A stretch of DNA of 64,000 nucleotides from Gammaproteobacteria bacterium. Its GTDB lineage: Bacteria; Pseudomonadota; Gammaproteobacteria; Pseudomonadales; JANQJO01. Positions 42,601-50,500 of this stretch are shown one piece after another; the stretch's first letter is position 1; the number at the start of each line of letters is the position of its first letter. The stretch lies in assembly GCA_031409375.1 (NCBI GenBank), contig JANNXD010000139.1, positions 27,944-91,943 on the forward strand, written 5' to 3'. Under the pieces are notes generated by a model. That model was not told the origin of the DNA. It made no database searches and saw only the letters and a program-made list of their open reading frames with translations. The position numbers and the translations under genes are program-made.

Positions 42601-44728
42601 ATTAAAAGCCAGTAGCGGGTTTAGTGGTGCCACTGAATATGATTTGAGTTTTTATTTTACCGATCATCCCAGTGATGGCAGTTTGCAAATTAAATGTGAA
42701 TACGCCACGGATTTGTTTGTTGAAGACACCATAAAGCGTTATCAGCAGCAATTGATTTTTTTATGCGAGCAATTGCTGGCACACGCGCATCAACCATTAC
42801 AAACGGTGTTCACTCTGCCGCCGCACCAGTGGCGACAATTGACGGCTAAGTTCAACAACACGGCGGTGCTGTGGCCGACGCAAAACTTACCGCAGGTTTT
42901 GTCGGCGTGTGCGGCGCAATATCCGCAAGCGTTGGCGTTAAAAGATGGCGTGCAGACCTTGACGTATCAGCAACTACAAACACGTGTTCATCAATGGGCG
43001 CATTGGCTGTTGCAGCAAAACTTAGCACCAGAATCTTGCATTGGTGTGTGTATGCATCGGCAAAATGAATTGGTGGTTTTGTTACTGGCCATTTGGGCGG
43101 CAGGTTATGCCTATGTGCCGATTGATCCGAATTATCCGGCAGATCGGATCGCGCATGTGCTCAATGATTGTCAGGCGCCGTTATTGTTGGTCGATCAAGC
43201 GCATGCCACACAGCTGCCGCCTTTAACCGGCAAAGCGGTGATCATCGAACAGGTAGATGTTAGTAGTTTGCCGTCGCAGGCGCCCAGCGTCACCATTCAA
43301 CCGACGCAATTGGCTTATGTGATCTACACCTCTGGCTCGACAGGCTTGCCCAAAGGCGTGCAGCTCGAACATGGTGCGCTGCATAATTTTATTTTAGCAA
43401 TGCAGCAAGCGCTGCCATTAAAATCCAGTGATCGTTTGCTTGCCGTGACTACGGTGTCGTTTGATATTCATATTCTGGAATTGTTTTTGCCCTTAGGCGT
43501 GGGCGCGAGTGTTTATGTGGCGGATGCGGCCACTTGTTTAGATGGCAGTGCCTTGCTGCGTATTATTCAGCAAGAGCCGATATCCGTGATGCAAGCCACA
43601 CCGGCAACGTGGCAATTATTGTTGGAATCTGGTTGGCAAAAACCCTTAGCGCTGACGGTGTTGTGTGGGGGTGAAGCTTTATCGATGAATTTAACCACGC
43701 GCTTATTACCGGTATGCGCGGCGATTTGGAATTTATATGGGCCGACGGAAACCACGGTATGGTCCAGCGTTGCGCCGATTCGCTCATTGCAACCGCCCAT
43801 TACGGTCGGTCAACCGATTGCTAATACGCAATTTTATGTACTGGATGCGGCGTTTATGCCGGTGCCCTTGGGTGCTTTGGGTGAGCTGTATATCGGTGGT
43901 GATGGCCTGTCGCGCGGTTATTTGCATTTAGCCGATATGACGGCATCGCGTTTTATCACGGTTGATTTACCGGATATCGGCAAAACGCGCGTGTATGCCA
44001 CTGGTGATCAAGCGCGATGGTTGGCGGATGGTCGATTGCAAGTGTTGGGGCGTTTGGATTCGCAAATCAAATTGCGCGGCTTTCGTATTGAACTCGGTGA
44101 AATCGAATTTCAATTGGCGCAATATCCAGGGGTGCAGCAAGCCGTGGTCATGGTGCGCGAATTCGCGCAAGGGCCAGCATTAATTGCGTATTGGATCAGT
44201 GACAAAACGCTCGATGTGAGTGAACTACGGCAATTTATCAGTCAACGTTTGCCGCATTATATGCTGCCGAGTTATTGGGTGCCGATGACGGAATTTCCGA
44301 AAACGCCCAATCAAAAAATTGATCGCAAAGCCTTGCCGCAACCCACGCAAACTGGTGTCAGCATCGAAAAAAATACCTCAGCTGCTTTGTCACCTGCAGA
44401 ACATGTGATTGCCGATATTTTTAAACAGGTACTGAACACTTCGCAGGTTACGGCTTACGATAATTTTTTTGATCTCGGGGGGCATTCGTTGTTGTCGATG
44501 AAAGTCGTAGAAGCCTTATATCAACGCACCGGTATTCGCATGCATCCCGGTGAAATGTTCCAGCAAACCGTTGGACAATTGGCTGCGTATTATGGGGATG
44601 CGTTATTGCCAAGTCGCACAGTAGTGGTTGAGAGCACTTCCATAACGGCAGAATCTGCATCATCAGCAATACCGCCCACACCTAAGAAAGCAGGATTATT
44701 AAAACGGTTGTTGGGTGTTGATGGTTAA
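36617..44728 (+). CDS. Hybrid type I PKS-NRPS: KS-AT-KR-ACP-ACP-C-A-PCP
   Basis: KS QAACATS/EAHGTAT/NIGHL; AT GHSIGE and HAFH; KR GGLGGMG and YTAAN; 2x LGGDS; C domain HHIIIEDWS; A domain YTSGSTGLPKG and YGPTE; PCP LGGHSL. No TE. Confidence 0.93.
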   Translation: MSSEPLDNLTGLEIAVIGMACQFPGALTVQQYWQNLLQGVCSLKQFSVDELVAMGQDRAQVSRPEFIRVHGAVDDFDQFDAGFFGINAREADVLDPQHRLLFKVIGHALEDAGYDPDRINGTVGVFAGCSGNTYYPDQVLKNAKIQLAMSAHQAKVLNLNDFLATRASYIFGLTGPAFTVQAACATSSVAVAMGCQSLLSGACDVALAGGSSLTLPQHFGYEYQEGMILSPDGACRAFDALAAGTLKGDGAGIVVLKRLADALADGDHIEAVITGFATNNDGHDKAGYLAPGLNGQMNAILAAQMMAGIEGDAIEYIEAHGTATPMGDPIEVAALTQAFQTSTQRKHFCGIGSVKTNIGHLDAAAGIAGLIKAILTVKHGVVPASLNFHTPNPKIDFANSPFYVNAKTQVWPSNNIRRAGVSAFGMGGSNVHMIVEQPPVVTLIADEQPQVLPLSAVVSQSVLDQAAQLADRLEQSELPLAAVAATLQQGRRVLKYRGALVAADKDMAITALRDLRSEAIAQAGQAPAVIFLMPGQGAQYVSMASGLYHRYEGFKAHIDYCADWLKPHLQLDLRDLILAKPEDKTAAEQLKQTALTQPALFTICTGLAKLWQSFGVQPRLLLGHSIGELAAAHIAGVFSLADGLQLAMMRGRLMQAMQPGAMLSVTATEAQLAQWIIAPIELAAVNAADQCVLAGPVDAIADLQPILTAMGWSATPLQTSHAFHSAMMQPMLTEFANTLAQVNWLTPSVPMLSSVTGQLLDATSLTSPQYWLDNARHTVRFNQAAQTLLGQSEFQKQSPILLEVGPGRTLTQLIKKHKTASAYPALTSLRHVKESTADALHWLNTLGSLWKNGVNVDWQPNCESSVITRVSLPGYVYQEKRHWVDADKIDAHQNSKTVVHDSSRKQPLGKRDFEQWFYRPSWEQQSLFLTANIERPIWILVPNAEQARVSAIWWEHQAIYLTLTDWSQPQWQMQIEAAMTTDQRAPLILDYLSLSTPINSNDAFMARLTLIQNLMNQGVAVADITYLLVADNVAAWSSTDKVNPLLALPLGLLRVLQVEYPGMRCRVVDVAFAPASVPRLLEEAVQPGRDSLIIWRHELRWRQTFGQVKLPSVDGLSIKKGMPILVTGGLGGMGLALAAALARRYQCRLLLLSRRGGKVPAQLLDQGVEVRVASVDVADLHAMQQVIAATEQVWGPIQGVIHAAGIAGGGMTAYLRTEDVDEVLSAKVQGAQVLQQLLVDARPQQPLHFWLMCSSLASCVSLIGRSEYTAANLYLDQLATQLRYERGIAAVSINWDAWSGVGMASEYVGDDWILPEEGAQAMLRILALALNASEPVAQMLVSTRDLHRLYFSEQPFDAQQIQQKVKPAASSLPASTPSTSSGTRIGVMTVTQQQLHAIWCELLGVDAVGPDDNFFDLGGDSVVSLQLVSRAKALGLILKPQQVFDNPTLRQLAISLGDVSKPSTEQNTATQANQTDMNPMEKQLHAIWCELLGVDAIGLDDNFFDLGGDSVVSLQLVSRAKAIGLVLKPQQVFDYPTLRTLAASACSTGSGTGREQLGAQPVQVDAIPLHWRGTPQAGGGLVELTTPSGFACHSNGREFNPMQIADLPPTTPLLMSSAQQRMWFLEQMDPGSALYCLRGAFLWEKTQGAHQAINEGLLRAALQYLMQRHEVLRMGFTQQQGEPRVFLADSAEVPFSMLNVSLAGNADIENDLRQRLAALQAVLVLDQPPLWRVQLLCYGEDRFGLLLTFHHIIIEDWSMQIFLRELWLAYDALLQGQSADAVLPAITQHYRDYVAWQSRYRLSAEYQADLNYWRLQLSDLPQLELSLDKPRPAKPTHQGGQLLAQLTAAQVTRLRAFSQAQQVSVFMTLQSCVLVLLQRLTGQTQLVIGTPVADRPDAIFENMLGVFVNNLVLKNNVEPTQTFAQLVKQVRNTSLAAQTHQAVPFEDLVKALQPVRDMSRAPLFQVLITYLNVQADKHIEPNQSKAIGGLKASSGLKASSGFSGATEYDLSFYFTDHPSDGSLQIKCEYATDLFVEDTIKRYQQQLIFLCEQLLAHAHQPLQTVFTLPPHQWRQLTAKFNNTAVLWPTQNLPQVLSACAAQYPQALALKDGVQTLTYQQLQTRVHQWAHWLLQQNLAPESCIGVCMHRQNELVVLLLAIWAAGYAYVPIDPNYPADRIAHVLNDCQAPLLLVDQAHATQLPPLTGKAVIIEQVDVSSLPSQAPSVTIQPTQLAYVIYTSGSTGLPKGVQLEHGALHNFILAMQQALPLKSSDRLLAVTTVSFDIHILELFLPLGVGASVYVADAATCLDGSALLRIIQQEPISVMQATPATWQLLLESGWQKPLALTVLCGGEALSMNLTTRLLPVCAAIWNLYGPTETTVWSSVAPIRSLQPPITVGQPIANTQFYVLDAAFMPVPLGALGELYIGGDGLSRGYLHLADMTASRFITVDLPDIGKTRVYATGDQARWLADGRLQVLGRLDSQIKLRGFRIELGEIEFQLAQYPGVQQAVVMVREFAQGPALIAYWISDKTLDVSELRQFISQRLPHYMLPSYWVPMTEFPKTPNQKIDRKALPQPTQTGVSIEKNTSAALSPAEHVIADIFKQVLNTSQVTAYDNFFDLGGHSLLSMKVVEALYQRTGIRMHPGEMFQQTVGQLAAYYGDALLPSRTVVVESTSITAESASSAIPPTPKKAGLLKRLLGVDG
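41314..41412. repeat. 99-bp palindromic element in frame in the PKS linker
   Basis: Outer arms AATTCCCCTCCATTGGAG / CTCCAATGGAAGGGAATT (17/18 match); inner GGGGTGGTC / GACCACCCC. Confidence 0.85.
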
Positions 44729-44824
44729 AAATGGGTGTTGCGGCAGAGTATTTTCTTGCATGATAGATTGTTTGTTGTTGGCAATCGTTTGTTTATCTGC
44801 GTAACTTTTAAAATCGAGAAAGAC

Positions 44825-45823
44825 ATGAACACACTAAGAATCACCGATATTTTTAAAGCCAAAAAACGCATAACGCCTTTTATCAATCAAACGCCGATTG
44901 TTGAGTCGTCTTTCTTAAATAAGCTGCTGGGACATCGGATTGTCTTTAAAGCCGAATGCTTACAAAAAGTGGGGGCGTTTAAAGCACGCGGTGCTTGTAA
45001 TGCCATTGTCAGCGCGATTGAACAAGGCAAAAAACCGACACATATTATTACGTCGAGTTCGGGTAATCACGCACAAGCGGTCGCGTGGGCGGCCAGTCAA
45101 TTTCACATTCCGGTCACCATTTATATGCCAAAAACGGTTTCCAAAGTGAAACTAGCGGCAACGCAGTACTATGGTGCTCATACGGTATTGTGCGCAGATC
45201 GTTTGGACACGGATCGCCGAGTGCGCAGTCATGCGGATGAATCGAATCAAGTTTATTGGATTCCGCCGTATGATCTTGATGATGTGATCTGCGGTCAAGG
45301 CACTGCTTGTTTAGAATCCGTCATGACCTATCCTGAGATTGATGCTGTCGCGGTGCCTTGTGGTGGTGGCGGCTTGTTGTCCGGTTCTTATATCGCCGCC
45401 AAAGGATTAAATCCCGCCATCGAATTAATTGGTGTCGAACCTTTTAACGCCTCGGATGCGTATCAGAGCATTCAAGCTGGCAAGATCGTCAAATTAGAAC
45501 AACCGCCGATGACTTTAGCCGATGGTGCAGCAACCTTGTCGGTGAGTGAACGCACCTTTCATTATCTGAAGCAAGTTGAACATTTTGTGTTAGCCACTGA
45601 AATTGAAATGGCTTACTGGACGCAGTGGCTGCAGCATCTACTAAAACTGCAAATCGAACCGACTTGCGCCATGACCATGGTGGGTGTTGTCAGTTGGTTA
45701 AAACGCCAAACCGCGAAAAAAACCGTCTGCGTGATTATTTCCGGTGGCAACATTGATAACGATAAACGTAGATTACTGCATGAAGTGGATTACTTGGCGC
45801 AGTTGCCCAGTTTAAATCGTTAG
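44825..45823 (+). CDS. PLP-dependent serine/threonine dehydratase or racemase-like enzyme
   Basis: KAECLQKVGAFKARG, SSGNHAQ, GGGGLLSG and SGGN motifs. Confidence 0.88.
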   Translation: MNTLRITDIFKAKKRITPFINQTPIVESSFLNKLLGHRIVFKAECLQKVGAFKARGACNAIVSAIEQGKKPTHIITSSSGNHAQAVAWAASQFHIPVTIYMPKTVSKVKLAATQYYGAHTVLCADRLDTDRRVRSHADESNQVYWIPPYDLDDVICGQGTACLESVMTYPEIDAVAVPCGGGGLLSGSYIAAKGLNPAIELIGVEPFNASDAYQSIQAGKIVKLEQPPMTLADGAATLSVSERTFHYLKQVEHFVLATEIEMAYWTQWLQHLLKLQIEPTCAMTMVGVVSWLKRQTAKKTVCVIISGGNIDNDKRRLLHEVDYLAQLPSLNR

Positions 45824-45829
45824 CGCTTT

Positions 45830-45886
45830 TAAAATCAGTAATCCGACGATTAATACGACCCCTTGTTGTTTTTGAGCGTTTTGCAT
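45830..45886 (-). pseudogene. Truncated pilX duplicate (first ~19 codons)
   Basis: MQNAQKQQGVVLIVGLLIL matches the pilX start at 52696; similarity stops near 45830. Confidence 0.85.
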
Positions 45887-45927
45887 ACCCGACCTCTTAA
45901 GCTGAGATAAACTGCCCTGCAATGAAA

Positions 45928-47049
45928 TTAACTGCGATTACGTAATTGCACCGTGCGGCTGAATACCTTGCGAAAAAACTTACCACCTGAATGGGCAATA
46001 GTGGTGCTGGGACCGATATTTTCGCCTGGTAAGGCGTAGGTGTTGGTATCTGTTTGGGGTGCAGCTTCGAAGGGGCTGGTGACCAGCAGACCTAATTGCA
46101 CACTGACAACCTTTCGCATATTCAGGGTGGCGTCGCTGCTGGTTCGATAACTAATGCTGCCATTGGCGAGCTGTTCGCCGTACAAAATTTGTAAATTTTC
46201 AACGCCTTCAATCAGCTCGTTAGTGTTGCCAGCGGCGTCGTATTGATAAAGGGCGTATATGGATTTTCCAGTTATGTTTTTACGGCCAGTATTGGCCACA
46301 AAAAAGGTATCGACATGAAATGGTCTGACTTGCGCATCGATGGTATACGCACGACGTAAACTATTAAGCGAATTGCTGGAAATGTGATGTTTAAGAGCAA
46401 TTGGTGCGATGGTGCTTGGGTTATTAGAGACACGGAACAAATCAGCCATTGTGCAATCACCAACAAATACCAAGTCATCCTGTTGCAGATTGAAGCTGGT
46501 ATCGTCTATTACCACATCACTATTGCTACTGCTCATGTTGGAGGATAAAGGTGCGCCAGTGGGATCGGCATATTGAATGCTGATGACGTCGCTTCCAGGA
46601 ATGGGTTTGATGGTATTAGTCGTTTTCAGCGTCAATAGGTCGCTGTTACTGGCGAGGTTACTTGGATTGGGTGACCATGTACCGGCTGAGTCCACTTCAA
46701 AACCTCTCAGTGAAGTTTGTCCTAGATTCGTTGACGGAAAGTTACGGGCGATCGGTTTTGTGTAGGTGGCGTGGCTCCAATTCACATTGTCTTCATTGGT
46801 GACGTTTAAGGTAGCTGGCATCATGCAGCCTTGAAAACCGCGATACCTCACCGATTCTGATAGGGTGTCGATGGCAAAACGTCCGGTTTCTTGTAGGTCT
46901 GTGACTGCTATCGTTAGGCGATTGCTTTGGATGGTGCTATGCATGATTCGCAATATTCCGGATAGTATAAAAATACCGAGTGTGGTTGCAATCAGAGTTT
47001 CTATTAATGTAAGACCGCTGGGCGTTGGATTGAAGGCTATATTTTGCAC
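45928..47049 (-). CDS. pilW: Type IV minor pilin PilW (copy 2)
   Basis: G-LTLIE prepilin site, LQETGRFA, ELIEGVENLQILYG and FSRTVQLRN. Confidence 0.88.
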   Translation of the reverse strand: MQNIAFNPTPSGLTLIETLIATTLGIFILSGILRIMHSTIQSNRLTIAVTDLQETGRFAIDTLSESVRYRGFQGCMMPATLNVTNEDNVNWSHATYTKPIARNFPSTNLGQTSLRGFEVDSAGTWSPNPSNLASNSDLLTLKTTNTIKPIPGSDVISIQYADPTGAPLSSNMSSSNSDVVIDDTSFNLQQDDLVFVGDCTMADLFRVSNNPSTIAPIALKHHISSNSLNSLRRAYTIDAQVRPFHVDTFFVANTGRKNITGKSIYALYQYDAAGNTNELIEGVENLQILYGEQLANGSISYRTSSDATLNMRKVVSVQLGLLVTSPFEAAPQTDTNTYALPGENIGPSTTIAHSGGKFFRKVFSRTVQLRNRS

Positions 47050-47230
47050 AGGAAACCTTTATAAACAATAACCGAAAATAACCAAATAACAGAATATTCA
47101 AACTGTAGTAGTTTGATGGTTAATATGGTTGGTTTTTGGACGGGATGTTGTAATGCATGGATAAACGGTCGAGTGTCAAAGTAATTTTTTTAAAACGTTC
47201 CTTGACGTATAAAAACTATTTTAGTTGGGT

Positions 47231-47270
47231 TCTAGGAGCTTGCCGGGCCTAAATCCGGTAGGCTCCTAGA
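47231..47270. terminator. Hairpin, probable terminator downstream of pilY1
   Basis: TCTAGGAGCTTGCCGG-loop-CCGGTAGGCTCCTAGA. Confidence 0.5.
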
Positions 47271-47274
47271 TGAG

Positions 47275-47458
47275 CAATGTCATTAACTTAAGGCAATAGC
47301 GTTTAGGTGATCCGATTTTTTTCTCTAGCAAGTAGTGCTTCATTATGGCCGCAATCTTAACCATCACACCGTAGAGACAAGGCAGCCTTGTCTCTACATG
47401 CTGTGCCGAACAGAGTGGACTTAATCGGCCAATCGATTGCCTTAAGTTAATCACATTG
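47275..47458. mobile_element. 184-bp MITE, IS4-like ends
   Basis: 23-bp TIRs CAATGTCATTAACTTAAGGCAAT (22/23 match); 10-bp target duplication CCTAGATGAG at 47265 and 47459. Confidence 0.9.
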
Positions 47459-47516
47459 CCTAGATGAGTACACTCTGTTGTCTTTAGGGTTTTGCAAGTA
47501 AGAGTAGGGGCTGCCA

Positions 47517-50500
47517 TTAATAAGTGCTGCCATCGGGTTCATACCAATAGGTACGTTCGAAGCCTTTTTTGACACCCAGATCAATATCTAAAAGAGGTTG
47601 TTCTGGGCCTACGAGTACAGTGGGTACATCTGTTTGCTCGGGGAATAGCATTTTGGGTGTTGGTGGTATGCTTGGCGATTTTAATACGCGTGAACGGTCT
47701 TCTTTGGTAATCGTATCGGAGTCATTCAAGTCTTGTGTTGGTTTAGCATTATATAAACCCAGCAAATAGACACGGCCTACACCCGTAACACCGGAACAAG
47801 CCGATGCGGCGACTTGCGGTGAATAGGTAGTGAAAATGATTTGATTGTTGACCGTTAAGCTGCTGGCTAAGGTTTTTTCACCTGAGTGTTCCAAATCAAT
47901 ATACCAACCCGAGTTGCTGATGCGGGTGTTGGTGATGTCGTCGGTGCGATCCGTTAAGTTGGTTTCGGTCAGTTTGGTATAGGTGGCTGGTGCGGCATAA
48001 ATATCATCTTGGAAAATGACATAAAAACGGTTGCTGGTAGTTTGTTCGAGCGGTTCTTGTAAAGATCCCGAGCCAATGCTGACGGCCATGCGTAGGTTGC
48101 CTTGGTCACCAAATATAGACACGTCGGGTTTGAAATGGAAACGACGATCATTCAGTTGCGTATTGTCCGCGAGTTCAGCGATGACACCGCCAGTGACTAA
48201 GCTGGCTGTATTTTCACCTTGATGGAAATCAAAGCGCCATACTTGCCCGCCTGTATCGCCGACAAACATCATATCGGCCAGACCATCTTTATTAACATCC
48301 AGCAACGACATGTCACCAGGAATGGCATATTTCATTGCGGTTAAATTTAGGCCTTGTCCCGCAGTCACGGCATTACCGGCCATCCATAATCGTGCACCTG
48401 TCGTAGCATCAACGATATAAATGGAATTGCCCATGGTAGCATTCACTCTATGTGTCGGATTGTCGTCAATAATGGGATCAAATCCACCCGCAAAGATCAG
48501 TACATCTTTAACAGCACTGCCAATTTTTAATTTGGTTTTAACCGGACGTGACCAGGTGTAACCGAGCGCAGCAAAATCACCGCTACCCCCTTCAATGGTC
48601 CATAACATTTTGGGTTGCGTACGGGCGGTGACATCTAATGCATATAAATTGCGGCCACCACTGCGCATGCCCATATAGATGTAAACTTTATCTGTATTGT
48701 TTATCGTGTTATCGAAATTAAGATCCTGTACCCAGGCAACCGGTGAACCGTCCATGCCATAGGGGTGGGTGAAATTATTGTTGTCGTCATATAAAGTTTT
48801 TAAATTCTCAAATAGATGTTTGGGAATAAATGAAAAAACTTCATCTCCATTGTCAGCGTCCACCGCATGCAAAAAGCCTTCGTTCGTACCAAAAAACGCG
48901 GTGATGTCGGGTGTTTCTGAAGGGCCGCTGTAGGTAATTAACAAGGGGATAGAATGCAGGGGATCGCCAAGTTGTTTGCGGGCATCAGTGATCAAGCTAT
49001 TGGCGTTGACATCGTGCATGTCATAGCCCATTGCCCATTTCAAAATGTTATTGCGCTCAGCCGCATCGGCAGCTTGCACCATGCTCGTGGTGATATCCGC
49101 ATTACTATAAGAAAATTGATTGGCCGCTGCTGTTAAAGAGCGTGATGGCGTATTCGCAGTTGCCGCTGGTAGATAGGTGTAAAGTTTTCGCAAGCTAGGA
49201 TCATCCGCTAGGCGTTTGGCCGCGCCACCTAACTCCACACTGGCGCCGTCTGTGGTGCTGGACCATAGACTTCTGGCGCTGGCTTTGAAGAAGCCTGTAG
49301 TACTATCGACTGCTGCTTGATCATTCGCATCTGAAATTACTGCAGGATTACCCAGTAGTTTGTAGCGCTTTAAATTGCCTGCCCAAACGGGAGTAGCCTC
49401 GGGTTTGAACACGGAGAAATAAATTTCTGAACGGTTAGATAATCGGTTGAATTGGTTCACGGTCGCACTCGGTGCCGTAAACGTAGAATCGCGCGATACG
49501 ATGTTGCGAATAATCGCATTAAAGGCGTCTTCTAATTCAGCGGAAGTATTGGCTGTATAAGCACCGCCATTGCCCCTAGCAGCTAAATCGCGTAAAAAAG
49601 TCAGCGCACCACTGTTACTTAAGTTAAAGGCAATGGTATGTGTGCTGATAGTATTGGTAGTGGGCAAGCTGGGTTGCATATCGTTATTGGCCATCCATTG
49701 CACCAGGCTGCGACCACATTTTTCATCTGAGTCGGCAGCGTCAATACTGCAGTTGCTATTACCAATCATGTTGCCAATCACGGTGCGGCTGTTGTTATGG
49801 TTGGCCTCTCCATCTGTGAACAACACCACATGATTGCTTTGGCAGTCGCTAACAATGGGGCTGATATAAGTAGGTGCTGTGGGGCTGCTGGTGATGGTTT
49901 CGTCGCGGCAATTAGTGGAATCGAGATTGTCTTCTGTACAGCCCGCTGGCATCACATGGGTGCCACCAGTGTACGAGTTATCAATGCTAACGCGCTTGTA
50001 ACGCAGATCGAGGCCATCTCCTGAGTTGAAAATTTGTCTGTCTGCTCCGTAGTAAACTGGGGCACCTCGGTAATACAGAGCTGCTTCATACAAGGTATCG
50101 ACAATCGGAGTGTAAGTTCTGGCGGTTAGGCTTTGTACCAAATTATTAATATGTTCGCGCACCGTTAAAGGCGGTATGACCGTTCTGGCCGGATTGGCGA
50201 CTTTGATCACCAGTTTGGGTGCGCGTGCACCGCTACCATCAAAGCTGTAAATGGTGCGATTGGCGGCAGTGGTATTGCCGTAAGCCAGAAGTGATAACGA
50301 GTTACCCGCTGTCCAACTCGAGCGATTCAGCACTTCTTGGATCAATGTTTTTAATTCCGGCGAGCGATAAGTGAAATCAGATTTCCAACTATCACTGATG
50401 GTCCAACGTGTGGTGGCAATGGTTTTGGTGCGACCACTGATATTGCCTCTTGAGTTGGGATAAGCTGCGGAATTATCGGAATTTTCGGCATACAAATCGA

